The notes below the pieces were generated by a model. The model was not told the DNA's origin. It was given only the letters and a program-made list of their open reading frames with translations, and ran no database searches. Shown piece after piece: positions 55,808 through 64,000 of a stretch of DNA of 64,000 nucleotides. This DNA comes from Spirochaetia bacterium. GTDB taxonomy: Bacteria; Spirochaetota; Spirochaetia; SZUA-6; Bin103. Position numbers and translations under genes: made by a program. Within the stretch, counting starts at the first letter, position 1. Each line of letters begins with the position of its first letter. The stretch is taken from NCBI GenBank assembly GCA_965199955.1, contig CBDATQ010000001.1, forward strand, positions 1,632,001 through 1,696,000, in the 5' to 3' direction.

Positions 55808-57364
55808 ATGGCGAAGCAGCAGACACCCGACTACGCCCAGGGCGAGGCGGCGGCGATCGCCCGCGACCTGTCCACCCAGGAATGGGTGCCGTTCATCGAC
55901 TGGTCTCAGACCCACCCGGGCAACCGCGGCGTCAACCGCCAGGGCCGCTACGAGCTGTACGACGCGCCGATCGGCGTGCGCATCGGCGTCGAGCAGGCAC
56001 GGAAGAGCGAGCCGGCGCTGACCTCCAACGACCGCTGGGAAGGAGGCGGCAACATGGTGCCGCTACGCGTCTGGCGCGACGGCGACGCCTACAAGATGCT
56101 GTACGCCGCCTACGCGCACCGCAGTGACGACAAGAACCCCGGCCTGGGCGGCGGTCACCACCTGTGCTACGCCGAGAGTGCTGACGGCTACCATTGGCAG
56201 CGCCCGGAGCTGGATCAGGTCGAGTGGCAGGGCTCGCGCGCCAACAACATCATCGCCAATCCCCCCACCGGCACGCCGTTCGAGGATCCCCGCGGCGCCC
56301 CGGAGGAGCGCTTCAAGGCGATCGGCCAGGTGGGCGCCAGCATCGATCCGGACACCGGCGAGAAGCTGGACACGGTGGAGGCGTACAAGCGCTGGCGGCG
56401 GCAGGAATACGAGGGAGACGCTTACAGTGGGCCACGCGCGGAGTCCCGCCACTGGGTCGAGGGGTGGACCTCTCCGGACGGCGTTCGCTGGACCTCGGTC
56501 GGTCGCGTCGGCGACATGAGCTCCGACGGCGGCAGCGCGGCGCAGTACGACGAGGAGACCGGTGGCTACTACGCCTACATCCGTGTCGGCGGCATGGGAC
56601 GGCGCGCCACCGGGCTGACCCGGACGGACGACTTCTGGCACTGGCCGCCCGCGTCGCTGGTGCTGGCGCCCGACCCGCAGGACGATCCGGACCTCTCCTT
56701 CTACGGCTGCTCGTACTTCCGCTATCCCGGCAACCCCGACCTGCACTGCGCGTTCGTGGAGACCTATCACCAGGTCGGCGATTACAACGACGCGCAGATC
56801 GCCTTCAGCCGCGACATGACGCACTGGTTTCGTCCCGACCGCAGCCCGATCATCCCGTGCGGCGAGCCCGGCAGCCCCGACTCGGGCGGTGCGCGGCCGT
56901 GGGGCGGCCTGATCGAGTTGCCCGACGGCTACTGGGCGACCATGTACCGCGGCCACGTCGGCCTGCACAACTACCGCGCCTCGGACCCGGAGATCCCGCA
57001 CCGCCCGGGCGTGCTGCAGCTCGCCCGCTGGCTCCCGCACCGCTTCTGCGGCGTGGAGGCGGAGATGGAGGGGCGCTTCACCATCCCGACGGTCAAGCGC
57101 GGCCGCGACGCGCTGCGGCTCAACTACCGCTGCGCGCCCGGCGGCCACATCCAGGTGGAGCTGATCCGCACGGTGCCGTCGCGGATCCACCCGGACGCCG
57201 ACGCGATCCCCGGCTTCAGCTTCGCGGACTGCGACCTGCTGTCAGGCGATCACCTGGACCGGCCGGTGTCGTGGCGCGGCAGCACCGACTTGAGCGCGGC
57301 CGGCGGCGAGATCGCGGTGCGGCTGCGGATGTTCCAGGCGAAGGTGTTCGCGTATTCGGCCTGA
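55808..57364 (+). CDS. Uncharacterised beta-propeller hydrolase-like protein (paralog 3)
   Basis: Same motif series as 23053 and 24676: PGNR, LYDAPIG, SDGG, SFYG, LRLNYRC, RLRMFQAKVFAY. Confidence 0.8.
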   Translation: MAKQQTPDYAQGEAAAIARDLSTQEWVPFIDWSQTHPGNRGVNRQGRYELYDAPIGVRIGVEQARKSEPALTSNDRWEGGGNMVPLRVWRDGDAYKMLYAAYAHRSDDKNPGLGGGHHLCYAESADGYHWQRPELDQVEWQGSRANNIIANPPTGTPFEDPRGAPEERFKAIGQVGASIDPDTGEKLDTVEAYKRWRRQEYEGDAYSGPRAESRHWVEGWTSPDGVRWTSVGRVGDMSSDGGSAAQYDEETGGYYAYIRVGGMGRRATGLTRTDDFWHWPPASLVLAPDPQDDPDLSFYGCSYFRYPGNPDLHCAFVETYHQVGDYNDAQIAFSRDMTHWFRPDRSPIIPCGEPGSPDSGGARPWGGLIELPDGYWATMYRGHVGLHNYRASDPEIPHRPGVLQLARWLPHRFCGVEAEMEGRFTIPTVKRGRDALRLNYRCAPGGHIQVELIRTVPSRIHPDADAIPGFSFADCDLLSGDHLDRPVSWRGSTDLSAAGGEIAVRLRMFQAKVFAYSA

Positions 57365-57379
57365 GTAGCCGATCGCGGC

Positions 57380-60313
57380 TCAGCGCTCGGCGGGCCGCGG
57401 CCGCTCCGCGGCTGTCTCGTGGCAGCGGCTTTCGGCGGGGAGGGTGGAACAGGCCGAGCCCTCCACCAGGCGCAGGCGCTGCCCCGCCGGCTGGCCGTGC
57501 CAGCGCACGACGCCGCCGGCCGGCCAGAAGACCTCGACCACGTCGGCCTGGTTCGCGCCGCCGAGCCCGAAGTGGACGGCGAGCGAGTTCTGCGAGTGGC
57601 CGCTCGATCCGCCCTTCACCTGCCGCATCTGCATCCGATCGCCCGCGTGCACCTTGATCACGGCGCCGATCGCGCTGCGGTTGCTGTCCGTCCCGACCAG
57701 GTCGAGCTGCAGCGCCCCGCCGTGCAGCTCGGTGTCGTTGCGGAAGAGCTGCAGCGAGCCCGCCTGGTTGACGACCGCAACGTCCATGTCGCCGTCGCGG
57801 TCGTAGTCGGCGACCGCGCTGCCGCGGCCGTCGGGGATGCGCACGCCGGCCTGGCGGGCGACGTTCCGGAAGGTGCCGTCGCCGTCGTTGGAGAAGAACA
57901 GGTCGAGTCGCGAGCCGGCCATGGTGACTACGAACAGGTCCTCGTCGCGGTCGTGGTCGGCGTCGAGGAAGTTAACGCCCCAGGAGTCGTCGCCGGTCAC
58001 GCCGGCGCGCTCCGCGGAGTTGTCCGCGTACGAGCCGCGCGGCTTGCCGAGGTAGAGGACATTCCCCCATGGCTCGTCCTCCAGGGGTGTGCCGCCGCTC
58101 TTCAGGTCGGAGATGTAGAGGTCCCAGGTGCCGTTCCCGTCGACGTCGGCGACGTCGATGCCCATGCCGGCCTGCGCGTCGTCGCCGATCCAGTACCAGT
58201 CGCGGAACACCTGCGTGAACGAGCCCTCCGCGTTGCGGAAAATCTGGTCCAGGTGGCTCGACCGGTTGGCGTTGTCGCCGGCCACGTTGACCACGTACAG
58301 GTCTGGCCACAAGTCGGCGTCGAGGTGGGCGCCAAGCACCAGGAAGGCAGCCCGCCAGGCGGTGATGCCCTGATAGAGGCCGGTAGCGGTGGTCGCATCG
58401 GCGAACGTCCCGTCACAGAGGTTGCGGAACAGGCGGTCGCGGTTGGCCTGCGTCCCGGGGGAGTTGATCACCAGATGGGAGACGTACAGGTCGACGCAGC
58501 CGTCGCGGTCGTAGTCCAGCCACGACGCCGCCTTGGAGCGGTGGCCGGGCAGCGGCCCGTACGGGGTGGCGGCCAGGTCGTCGACCCCGGCGGCGGCTGC
58601 GACCTCCTCGAACAACGGCCAGCGCGCGGGAATGCGGCCCCCGTGCTCGACCAGCAGGTTGCGGAGCAGGAGGTTGGGCGGGCCGTCCGGGAGGTTGTCG
58701 CCATGCAGCGCCCACTGGGTGTTGTCCGTGTAGATGTAAATGTCGGGGTCGCCGTCGTTGTCGTAGTCGGCGAAGACGGAGCCCGACATCTCGTAGGCCG
58801 GCAGCTCGGGAATCAGGTGGTGCGCCGCCTCGAAGCGCCCGCCGCCCAGGTTGCGGTACAGCCGCGGCGGGTAGCCGGGGTCGCCTCCCACCGCGAACAG
58901 GTCGGGCCAGCCGTCGTCATCGACGTCGATCCAGTTCACGCCCAGGCTGTGCGTGGAGCTGGAGAAGAACCGATCGGCGCCGACGCCGGCCGCGGCGGCG
59001 ACGTCCGTGAACCGAATGGGCGTGTCCCCCACCACGGCCGGGGCCGGGGCGGTGCGTTCGACGTGTGTCATCGCTGTCGTGGCGGATAGGCGCAGAGCCG
59101 GCTCCTCCTTCGGCAGGAGCCGGCTCGCTCCCAGCACGGCAAGGCCGCCGGCCATCGCGATCGCCCAGGTGCCCAGTGCATAGGTGCCGATCCCTCTCCA
59201 GCGCAGCGCCCTGGTCAGGCCCCAGAAGGTAATCGGACCGCCGGCCGCTGCCGCGAACAGCAGCGTCGCCGCCGGGGCGCTGCCGGCGCCGAGCAGCAGC
59301 AGCAACGCGACCAGCGGGATCTCGAACAGAAGCGGCACGTTGATCAGCACGCCGAGCGTGGCCGCGACGGCGATGCCGGTGACGCTGTCGCCCAGGAAGG
59401 TTTCGACGGTTTCCGGCTGCAGGAACTGAATCGCCGCGCCGCTCGCGAACCCGGCGACCACCATGATCGGCCCCATGCGGACCAGCAGGCGCCCGGTCGC
59501 ACGCGCCCAGCGCGGCAGCCCTTCACGTAACTCTCCGGCCCAGCCCAGGTTCGGCTCGGCTGCGTCCGGCGGGCTCAGGTCACAGGCTTCCGGCTCCGTG
59601 GAGTGGCCCGCCACCCGTACCACCAGCGGGCCGAGCAGAAAGGCGGCGGCCAGCCCCAGCAGCACGCGGCTGGCGCCCAGCAGCGGCGAGAACACGGCCG
59701 CGATCATCAGCAGCGACGGTACGTTGAGAGTTGCCGAGCCGTGCACGAGCGCCAGGGCTCCCTCGATCCCCAGCCCGCGTCGGCGGACGGCGCTGGACAC
59801 CGGGACGATGCAGGCCGAGCAGAGGTTCACCACCGGCCCGAGACCCAGGCCCTTGAGGATGCGCCCCACGGGCCCGGAGGCCTGCCGGCGCGAAGCTCCG
59901 GGTGGTGCCAGGAACGCCTCGGCGATGCCGCCGGCCAGGAAGGCGAAGGCCATGCCGATGGCGACGAGCTGCAGGTAGGTCAGGGAGAAGCGCCACCAGC
60001 GGGTGAGGAAGCCCGACTGCGGCTCCGCCTCCACGCAGAAGCCCTGGAAGCACTCCGCCGTCGGAGCCAGCGCCGCCTGCAGGTCGGCGCGTACGGTGTC
60101 GAGCTTGGGCAGGCGGTTGAACGCGGCGAACGGCAGCAGGATGGCCAGCAGCAGGACCACCCCGATGACGCGGCGCTTGCCCGCTGCCGTCGCCAGGGCA
60201 GCGCGGACGCCACCGACGATCGGCACCCGCCGTGCGCCGGTCATCCAGCCGACGGGCGGCACGGTCGCGAGCTTCCGCCACATGGCTCCCTGAGCGTAGT
60301 CGAATGCAGCCAT
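57380..60313 (-). CDS. Fusion: DUF318/ArsP-like permease + FG-GAP/ASPIC-UnbV domain (second copy)
   Basis: Colinear with 2616..5543: ECFQGFCVE, NLCSACIVP, INVPLLFEIP, DxDxDG repeats, QVKGGSSGHSQ..HFGLG. Confidence 0.85.
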   Translation of the reverse strand: MAAFDYAQGAMWRKLATVPPVGWMTGARRVPIVGGVRAALATAAGKRRVIGVVLLLAILLPFAAFNRLPKLDTVRADLQAALAPTAECFQGFCVEAEPQSGFLTRWWRFSLTYLQLVAIGMAFAFLAGGIAEAFLAPPGASRRQASGPVGRILKGLGLGPVVNLCSACIVPVSSAVRRRGLGIEGALALVHGSATLNVPSLLMIAAVFSPLLGASRVLLGLAAAFLLGPLVVRVAGHSTEPEACDLSPPDAAEPNLGWAGELREGLPRWARATGRLLVRMGPIMVVAGFASGAAIQFLQPETVETFLGDSVTGIAVAATLGVLINVPLLFEIPLVALLLLLGAGSAPAATLLFAAAAGGPITFWGLTRALRWRGIGTYALGTWAIAMAGGLAVLGASRLLPKEEPALRLSATTAMTHVERTAPAPAVVGDTPIRFTDVAAAAGVGADRFFSSSTHSLGVNWIDVDDDGWPDLFAVGGDPGYPPRLYRNLGGGRFEAAHHLIPELPAYEMSGSVFADYDNDGDPDIYIYTDNTQWALHGDNLPDGPPNLLLRNLLVEHGGRIPARWPLFEEVAAAAGVDDLAATPYGPLPGHRSKAASWLDYDRDGCVDLYVSHLVINSPGTQANRDRLFRNLCDGTFADATTATGLYQGITAWRAAFLVLGAHLDADLWPDLYVVNVAGDNANRSSHLDQIFRNAEGSFTQVFRDWYWIGDDAQAGMGIDVADVDGNGTWDLYISDLKSGGTPLEDEPWGNVLYLGKPRGSYADNSAERAGVTGDDSWGVNFLDADHDRDEDLFVVTMAGSRLDLFFSNDGDGTFRNVARQAGVRIPDGRGSAVADYDRDGDMDVAVVNQAGSLQLFRNDTELHGGALQLDLVGTDSNRSAIGAVIKVHAGDRMQMRQVKGGSSGHSQNSLAVHFGLGGANQADVVEVFWPAGGVVRWHGQPAGQRLRLVEGSACSTLPAESRCHETAAERPRPAER

Positions 60314-60460
60314 CGGTCGCCAGAGCGGGAAGTTCAGGGCCGGTCCGACTCATGCGACTGGATCTCGTCCCACATCGGGCTCGGACTCCACGCAAGCGTG
60401 ATCGCGAAGTACGGAGTGCGGACGCTGGCTACGTGAGCTGCTAGTTAGTACGGTGTACGT

Positions 60461-60766
60461 ATGACGCGCAAACTGGTGCGGGTGGGTAACAGCATCGCGG
60501 TGACCTTGCCTCACGAGCTGGTCAAGGAGTTCGCGTTGCAGGCCGGGATGGAGGTGGATGCGACCGTCGACCCACGGGACGGGAGTTTCGTCGTCCGCAC
60601 CGGCGTCAAGTTCTTCGACGCGGGCCAGGCGTCGCCCCGTTTCAGGAAAATGGTCGACCAACTCGTCCAGGAGCGTCGCGAGCTGTATGAACGTCTCGCC
60701 GCTGGCGCGGATCCCGACGACAGCACTCCTGCCCCCGACACCGCTGATGATCGAGTATCTGAGTGA
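60461..60766 (+). CDS. AbrB/MazE/SpoVT-family antitoxin
   Basis: RKLVRVGNSIAVTLP..L.AG.EV, C-terminal ELYERLA. Confidence 0.85.
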   Translation: MTRKLVRVGNSIAVTLPHELVKEFALQAGMEVDATVDPRDGSFVVRTGVKFFDAGQASPRFRKMVDQLVQERRELYERLAAGADPDDSTPAPDTADDRVSE

Positions 60767-60923
60767 ACAACAGGTCCTGCACCTTCACCGGGTGATGATC
60801 AGCGCCACCGGCGGAAGCGCCGGCGTGCGGGATCGGGGGCTGCTCCAGTCCGCGGTCGCGTCGGCCGACATCGGCGTCGAGGAGATACGCATCTGGATCG
60901 AGCAGCGCATCCGACGCGAGTGA
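60747..60923 (+). pseudogene. doc: Doc (death-on-curing) toxin with the Fic catalytic core deleted
   Basis: MIEYLSEQQVLHLH..GGSAGVRDRGLLQSAVA joined to SADIGVEEIRIWI; no HxFxDGNKR motif; only 58 aa. Confidence 0.85.
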
Positions 60924-62440
60924 GCGAAGCGAATTTCACTCGCCAAGTGATGTTGGCGGCATTGCTGGTGGCTGCGGCTGGCATCGGCTTGACCGGCTGC
61001 GGCGATGGTGCGTCGGCCAGCGATCAGACCGGTGTCGCTCCGGCGGTGTCCTTCCCGCTTGCGCAGCCGGTCACGCTCACCGTCGGCGTGCCGGAGTCGT
61101 CGCTCCCCGCTGCCGCCCGCCCGGCCTGGAAGGTGGTGCAGCGCCGCGTCAACATCACGCTGCGGCCGGCCACGATCGCCGGCGCCAGCGCCGCGGCCCG
61201 CGGCACGCGCCTGGCGGAACTGGCCGCTTCGGACGAACTGCCGGACCTGCTGGCCGAGGGAGTGGCGCCGCTCGATTTCATCCGCCAGCGGGAGTGGCTG
61301 GTCAACCTGCTCGAACGGCCGGAGCTCGCGCCGAACCTGCATCGCCTGCTGCAGGAGCACGAGCGCTTCCGCCAGAGCACGCACGGCCGGCTGCTGGCGC
61401 CGGGGGAGTTGTACGCGCTGGGCGTGTTCGACGCGAGCGCCAGCCCGTACCTGGGCGCCATCGCCTACCGGCAGGACTTGTTCGAGGTCCGTGGCCTCGG
61501 CGCCGACACGTGGGAGGAGCTTCTTGCATCGCTCGGTGCCCTCCAGTCGGAGTTCCCCGGCAGCACGCCGTTCGCCGCCACCCGGCGGGCGCTGCTGTTC
61601 CGGGCGCCGTCGTGGTTCCGCTCCGGCGTCGATGAGCGGGTCGCCGCCTACTACCATCGCGAGCGGCGCGAGTGGCGGCTCGGACCGTTCGAACGGGAGT
61701 TCGAGGACTACCTGCGCTGGTTTCATCGCCTGGTGGCGGAAGGGTTGATGGCGGCCGAGTCGCTCGACCCGCGGACCGCTCCCGGTGACCTGGACCTGCT
61801 GCGCCTGCTGGGCTCCGAGCGCGCGTTCGTGGTCCCTTGGGCGGGCCGGACCGGTCCGGAGCTGGCCGGCTCGCGCGGGTACGGCGGGCTGACCGAGGAC
61901 GGCGACTGGGATCGCGCCGGGGCTTGGGTGGGACCGCTGCGGCTGCCTGCGAACCGTGGCCGGCGCGGCTGGATCGCGCCGCGTGCGTGGAACGCCATCT
62001 CGCCGGGCTGGGCGGTGACGTCGGCGTCCCCGCACGCCGAGACCGCGGTGGCGTTCCTGGATCTGCTGCTGGAAGAGGAAGTGACGGGCGAGGTCGCGTC
62101 GGTGTCGGATGCACCCGACCGCCTGGACTTTGCGCTGTGGCTGGCAGGCGAGGGCGGCTCGGCAGACATGCCGGCCGCGCGGTACTTCGAGCGCCACGAC
62201 GTGGCGACCTACCTGGATGACGATGCGGTGATCCTGGAGCCGTGGCCGGCCATCACCACGCACAGCCGCAACTTCGTGGACGCGATGGCCGCTCCGCTGG
62301 TCGAGCACATCGCCGTCGAGGCCGGCAAGTTCATTACCGGCGCCCGCCCGCTGACACAACTCGAGGCGTTTCGGGAGGAGCTCCGCGACCGTGGCGCGGA
62401 GCGGCTGCTCAACTGGCTGAATCTGGGGCGGGCGCGGTGA
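60920..62440 (+). CDS. Extracellular solute-binding lipoprotein (family 1-like)
   Basis: Lipobox GLTGC; ELPDL, YRQDLFE..G..TWEEL, KFITGARPL. Confidence 0.75.
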   Translation: MSEANFTRQVMLAALLVAAAGIGLTGCGDGASASDQTGVAPAVSFPLAQPVTLTVGVPESSLPAAARPAWKVVQRRVNITLRPATIAGASAAARGTRLAELAASDELPDLLAEGVAPLDFIRQREWLVNLLERPELAPNLHRLLQEHERFRQSTHGRLLAPGELYALGVFDASASPYLGAIAYRQDLFEVRGLGADTWEELLASLGALQSEFPGSTPFAATRRALLFRAPSWFRSGVDERVAAYYHRERREWRLGPFEREFEDYLRWFHRLVAEGLMAAESLDPRTAPGDLDLLRLLGSERAFVVPWAGRTGPELAGSRGYGGLTEDGDWDRAGAWVGPLRLPANRGRRGWIAPRAWNAISPGWAVTSASPHAETAVAFLDLLLEEEVTGEVASVSDAPDRLDFALWLAGEGGSADMPAARYFERHDVATYLDDDAVILEPWPAITTHSRNFVDAMAAPLVEHIAVEAGKFITGARPLTQLEAFREELRDRGAERLLNWLNLGRAR

Positions 62441-63888
62441 GCGGTCCGGCTACGGGCGGGGGTGCGCGGCGTCGCTGGATCCGGCTGATTGCGCCGGTCG
62501 CCGTTATCGGCGTGCTGATCGCCGGCTACCTGCTGCTGGCCGGCCGCGAAACGGCGGGCGAGGAGACAGGTGAAGAGCAGGCCTTGCCGCCGTTCTACAC
62601 AGGGGATCCGGAGTCGGTGGCCACGATCACGATCGAGCACCCCGGGCTGACCCTGCAGCGCCGCTCCATCCTCGAAACCGATGCCGGGCTCGCATGGATC
62701 TACCCGGCGGCACCCGGCGCTCCCCTGCGCGAGCCGCAGGTGCTGCAGGTGGTCGACGCGGCGATCGGCCTGCGGCCGCTGCGCGTGATCGCCGAGGAGC
62801 CGGACGATCTGTCGGCCTATGGGCTGGACGCACCGCGCGGCCTCATCGAGCTGGTCTCGGCCGGCGGCGACCGGCTGAACGTGCTGCTGGGGTCGCGCAC
62901 CGCCACCGGCACCAGCTACGCGATGGTGGACGGCCGGGACACGGTCTACACCGTCAGCGGCGACGCCGTGTACCTCCTGAGCAGGGAGCCAGCGGCGCTG
63001 ATCGACACGACGCTGCCGACCTTCGAGCCGGTGCTGGTCCGCCGGCTCCGGGTACGCGGGACCGAGGGCGAGCTGGAGGTCCGGTACGACGCCTTCCACG
63101 ACGCGTCGCAGCCGGCCGAGCGCGCCGCGTATCTGATCACGGCGCCGTACGACGGCCCCGTGCTGGTGGACGGCACGGCGCTGGTCGGCGTGCTGGCTCG
63201 GCTGCGCGACGATCTGACCGGTGACGTCGCCGACGGCATCGTCGCCGAAGCCGCGGCCGACGATCCGGCGCTGGGGCTGGCCGAGCCCGAGTTCGAGCTG
63301 GAGGTCGAGGACGCCGAAGGGACGTACCACCTCCTGATCGGCGCGCCCGCCGGCGCCACTCATCGCTACGCCGCGCTCGCGGGCCGGCCGACGGTGTACC
63401 GGCTCGGCAACAGCCGCGTCGAAACCCTGGACCGCCTGCGGCCGTTCGACCTCGTGGCGCGGGCGGTGGCCGAGGTCGACTACGACCTGGTGCAGGAGAT
63501 GGTGTTCACGGCGGGCGAGGCGAGCTACCGGGTGACGATCGACCGGGAAGATGAGTCGGGCACGCCGGTCTACCGGCTCGGTGGGACGACTCTGTCAGCC
63601 GCGGACGCCGCCGAGTTGCTGGAGCACCTGAACGGCCTGCGCGTGGAGGACGATGCCCCCGGCGACGCGCAGGCGGCCGGAGTCCAGACCGTGCTGACCA
63701 TCACCTGGCGGCTCACCAAGCCGGAGCTCCCCGAGTGGTCGGTCGAGATCCTTCCGCATGACGGCGAGTTCCAGGCGGTACGCCGGGGCGGTTCCGATCA
63801 GGCACCCATGTTTCTGATCGACCGGCGCTCGATAGCCGGGCTGCTGGAACTGCTTGCGCTGATGGCGGGCACGGCGCCGGCCGGCTGA
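62437..63888 (+). CDS. Membrane-anchored DUF4340 domain protein (second paralog)
   Basis: GTG 62437 overlaps the SBP stop; YGLDAP..LLGSRT and LGLAEP..LLIG..RYA repeats. Confidence 0.75.
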   Translation: MSGPATGGGARRRWIRLIAPVAVIGVLIAGYLLLAGRETAGEETGEEQALPPFYTGDPESVATITIEHPGLTLQRRSILETDAGLAWIYPAAPGAPLREPQVLQVVDAAIGLRPLRVIAEEPDDLSAYGLDAPRGLIELVSAGGDRLNVLLGSRTATGTSYAMVDGRDTVYTVSGDAVYLLSREPAALIDTTLPTFEPVLVRRLRVRGTEGELEVRYDAFHDASQPAERAAYLITAPYDGPVLVDGTALVGVLARLRDDLTGDVADGIVAEAAADDPALGLAEPEFELEVEDAEGTYHLLIGAPAGATHRYAALAGRPTVYRLGNSRVETLDRLRPFDLVARAVAEVDYDLVQEMVFTAGEASYRVTIDREDESGTPVYRLGGTTLSAADAAELLEHLNGLRVEDDAPGDAQAAGVQTVLTITWRLTKPELPEWSVEILPHDGEFQAVRRGGSDQAPMFLIDRRSIAGLLELLALMAGTAPAG

Positions 63889-63889
63889 G

Positions 63890-64000
63890 TCAGCCCCCGC
63901 CCGTATCGGGCTCCCCCTTCACCGGCGCCGGGGCATGCGTGATCGTCCCGTCGAGACGCTCGATCCGGATGTCCTCGACCGCGACGTTGGTCACCACGTC
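63890..64000 (-). CDS. 3' end of an unidentified CDS entering from outside the window
   Basis: Open frame DVVTNVAVEDIRIERLDGTITHAPAP..GG*, with a stop adjacent to the convergent gene. Confidence 0.5.
   Translation of the reverse strand, partial: DVVTNVAVEDIRIERLDGTITHAPAPVKGEPDTGGG

Noticed and set aside
2616..60313. The two permease fusions as terminal inverted repeats of one 58-kb mobile element
   Set aside because: The copies are clearly diverged, with indels, and there is no associated recombinase; they are old paralogs.
1..64000. CRISPR array, tRNA, rRNA, integron attC array, prophage
   Set aside because: No regularly spaced repeats, cloverleaf-like sequence, integrase or phage structural genes seen by eye; a covariance-model scan was not possible.

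Overview
Very GC-rich bacterial DNA with no rRNA, tRNA or CRISPR array that I can see. The intact genes mostly serve glycan/amino-sugar scavenging and uptake: GH20, GH29, a BNR/sialidase-like protein, a YdjC deacetylase, two class III aminotransferases, three PhyH-type dioxygenases, family-5 ABC components and three full paralogs of an uncharacterised beta-propeller hydrolase-like family. There is also an 8.4-kb cluster of six ankyrin-repeat genes, an NHL-repeat protein, two DUF4340 proteins and two diverged copies of an unusual DUF318-permease::FG-GAP/ASPIC-UnbV fusion. A signal-peptide-bearing pcm sits next to a membrane SAM-fold protein, with a nuclease gene between them flanked by a 61-bp duplication. 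The interval ~12.9-22.8 kb is a patchwork of gene remnants: a decayed IS256, HigBA, ParD, a PhnA-like fragment and a fragment resembling the Sir2 effector of short-Argonaute (SPARSA) defence. Many remnants look collapsed by short-repeat deletions. Toxin-antitoxin loci are dense, and most toxins are damaged. The gene content resembles high-GC marine-invertebrate (sponge-type) symbiont genomes; this is inference and the taxonomy cannot be read from this window. All family calls come from motif recognition by eye, not database searches.
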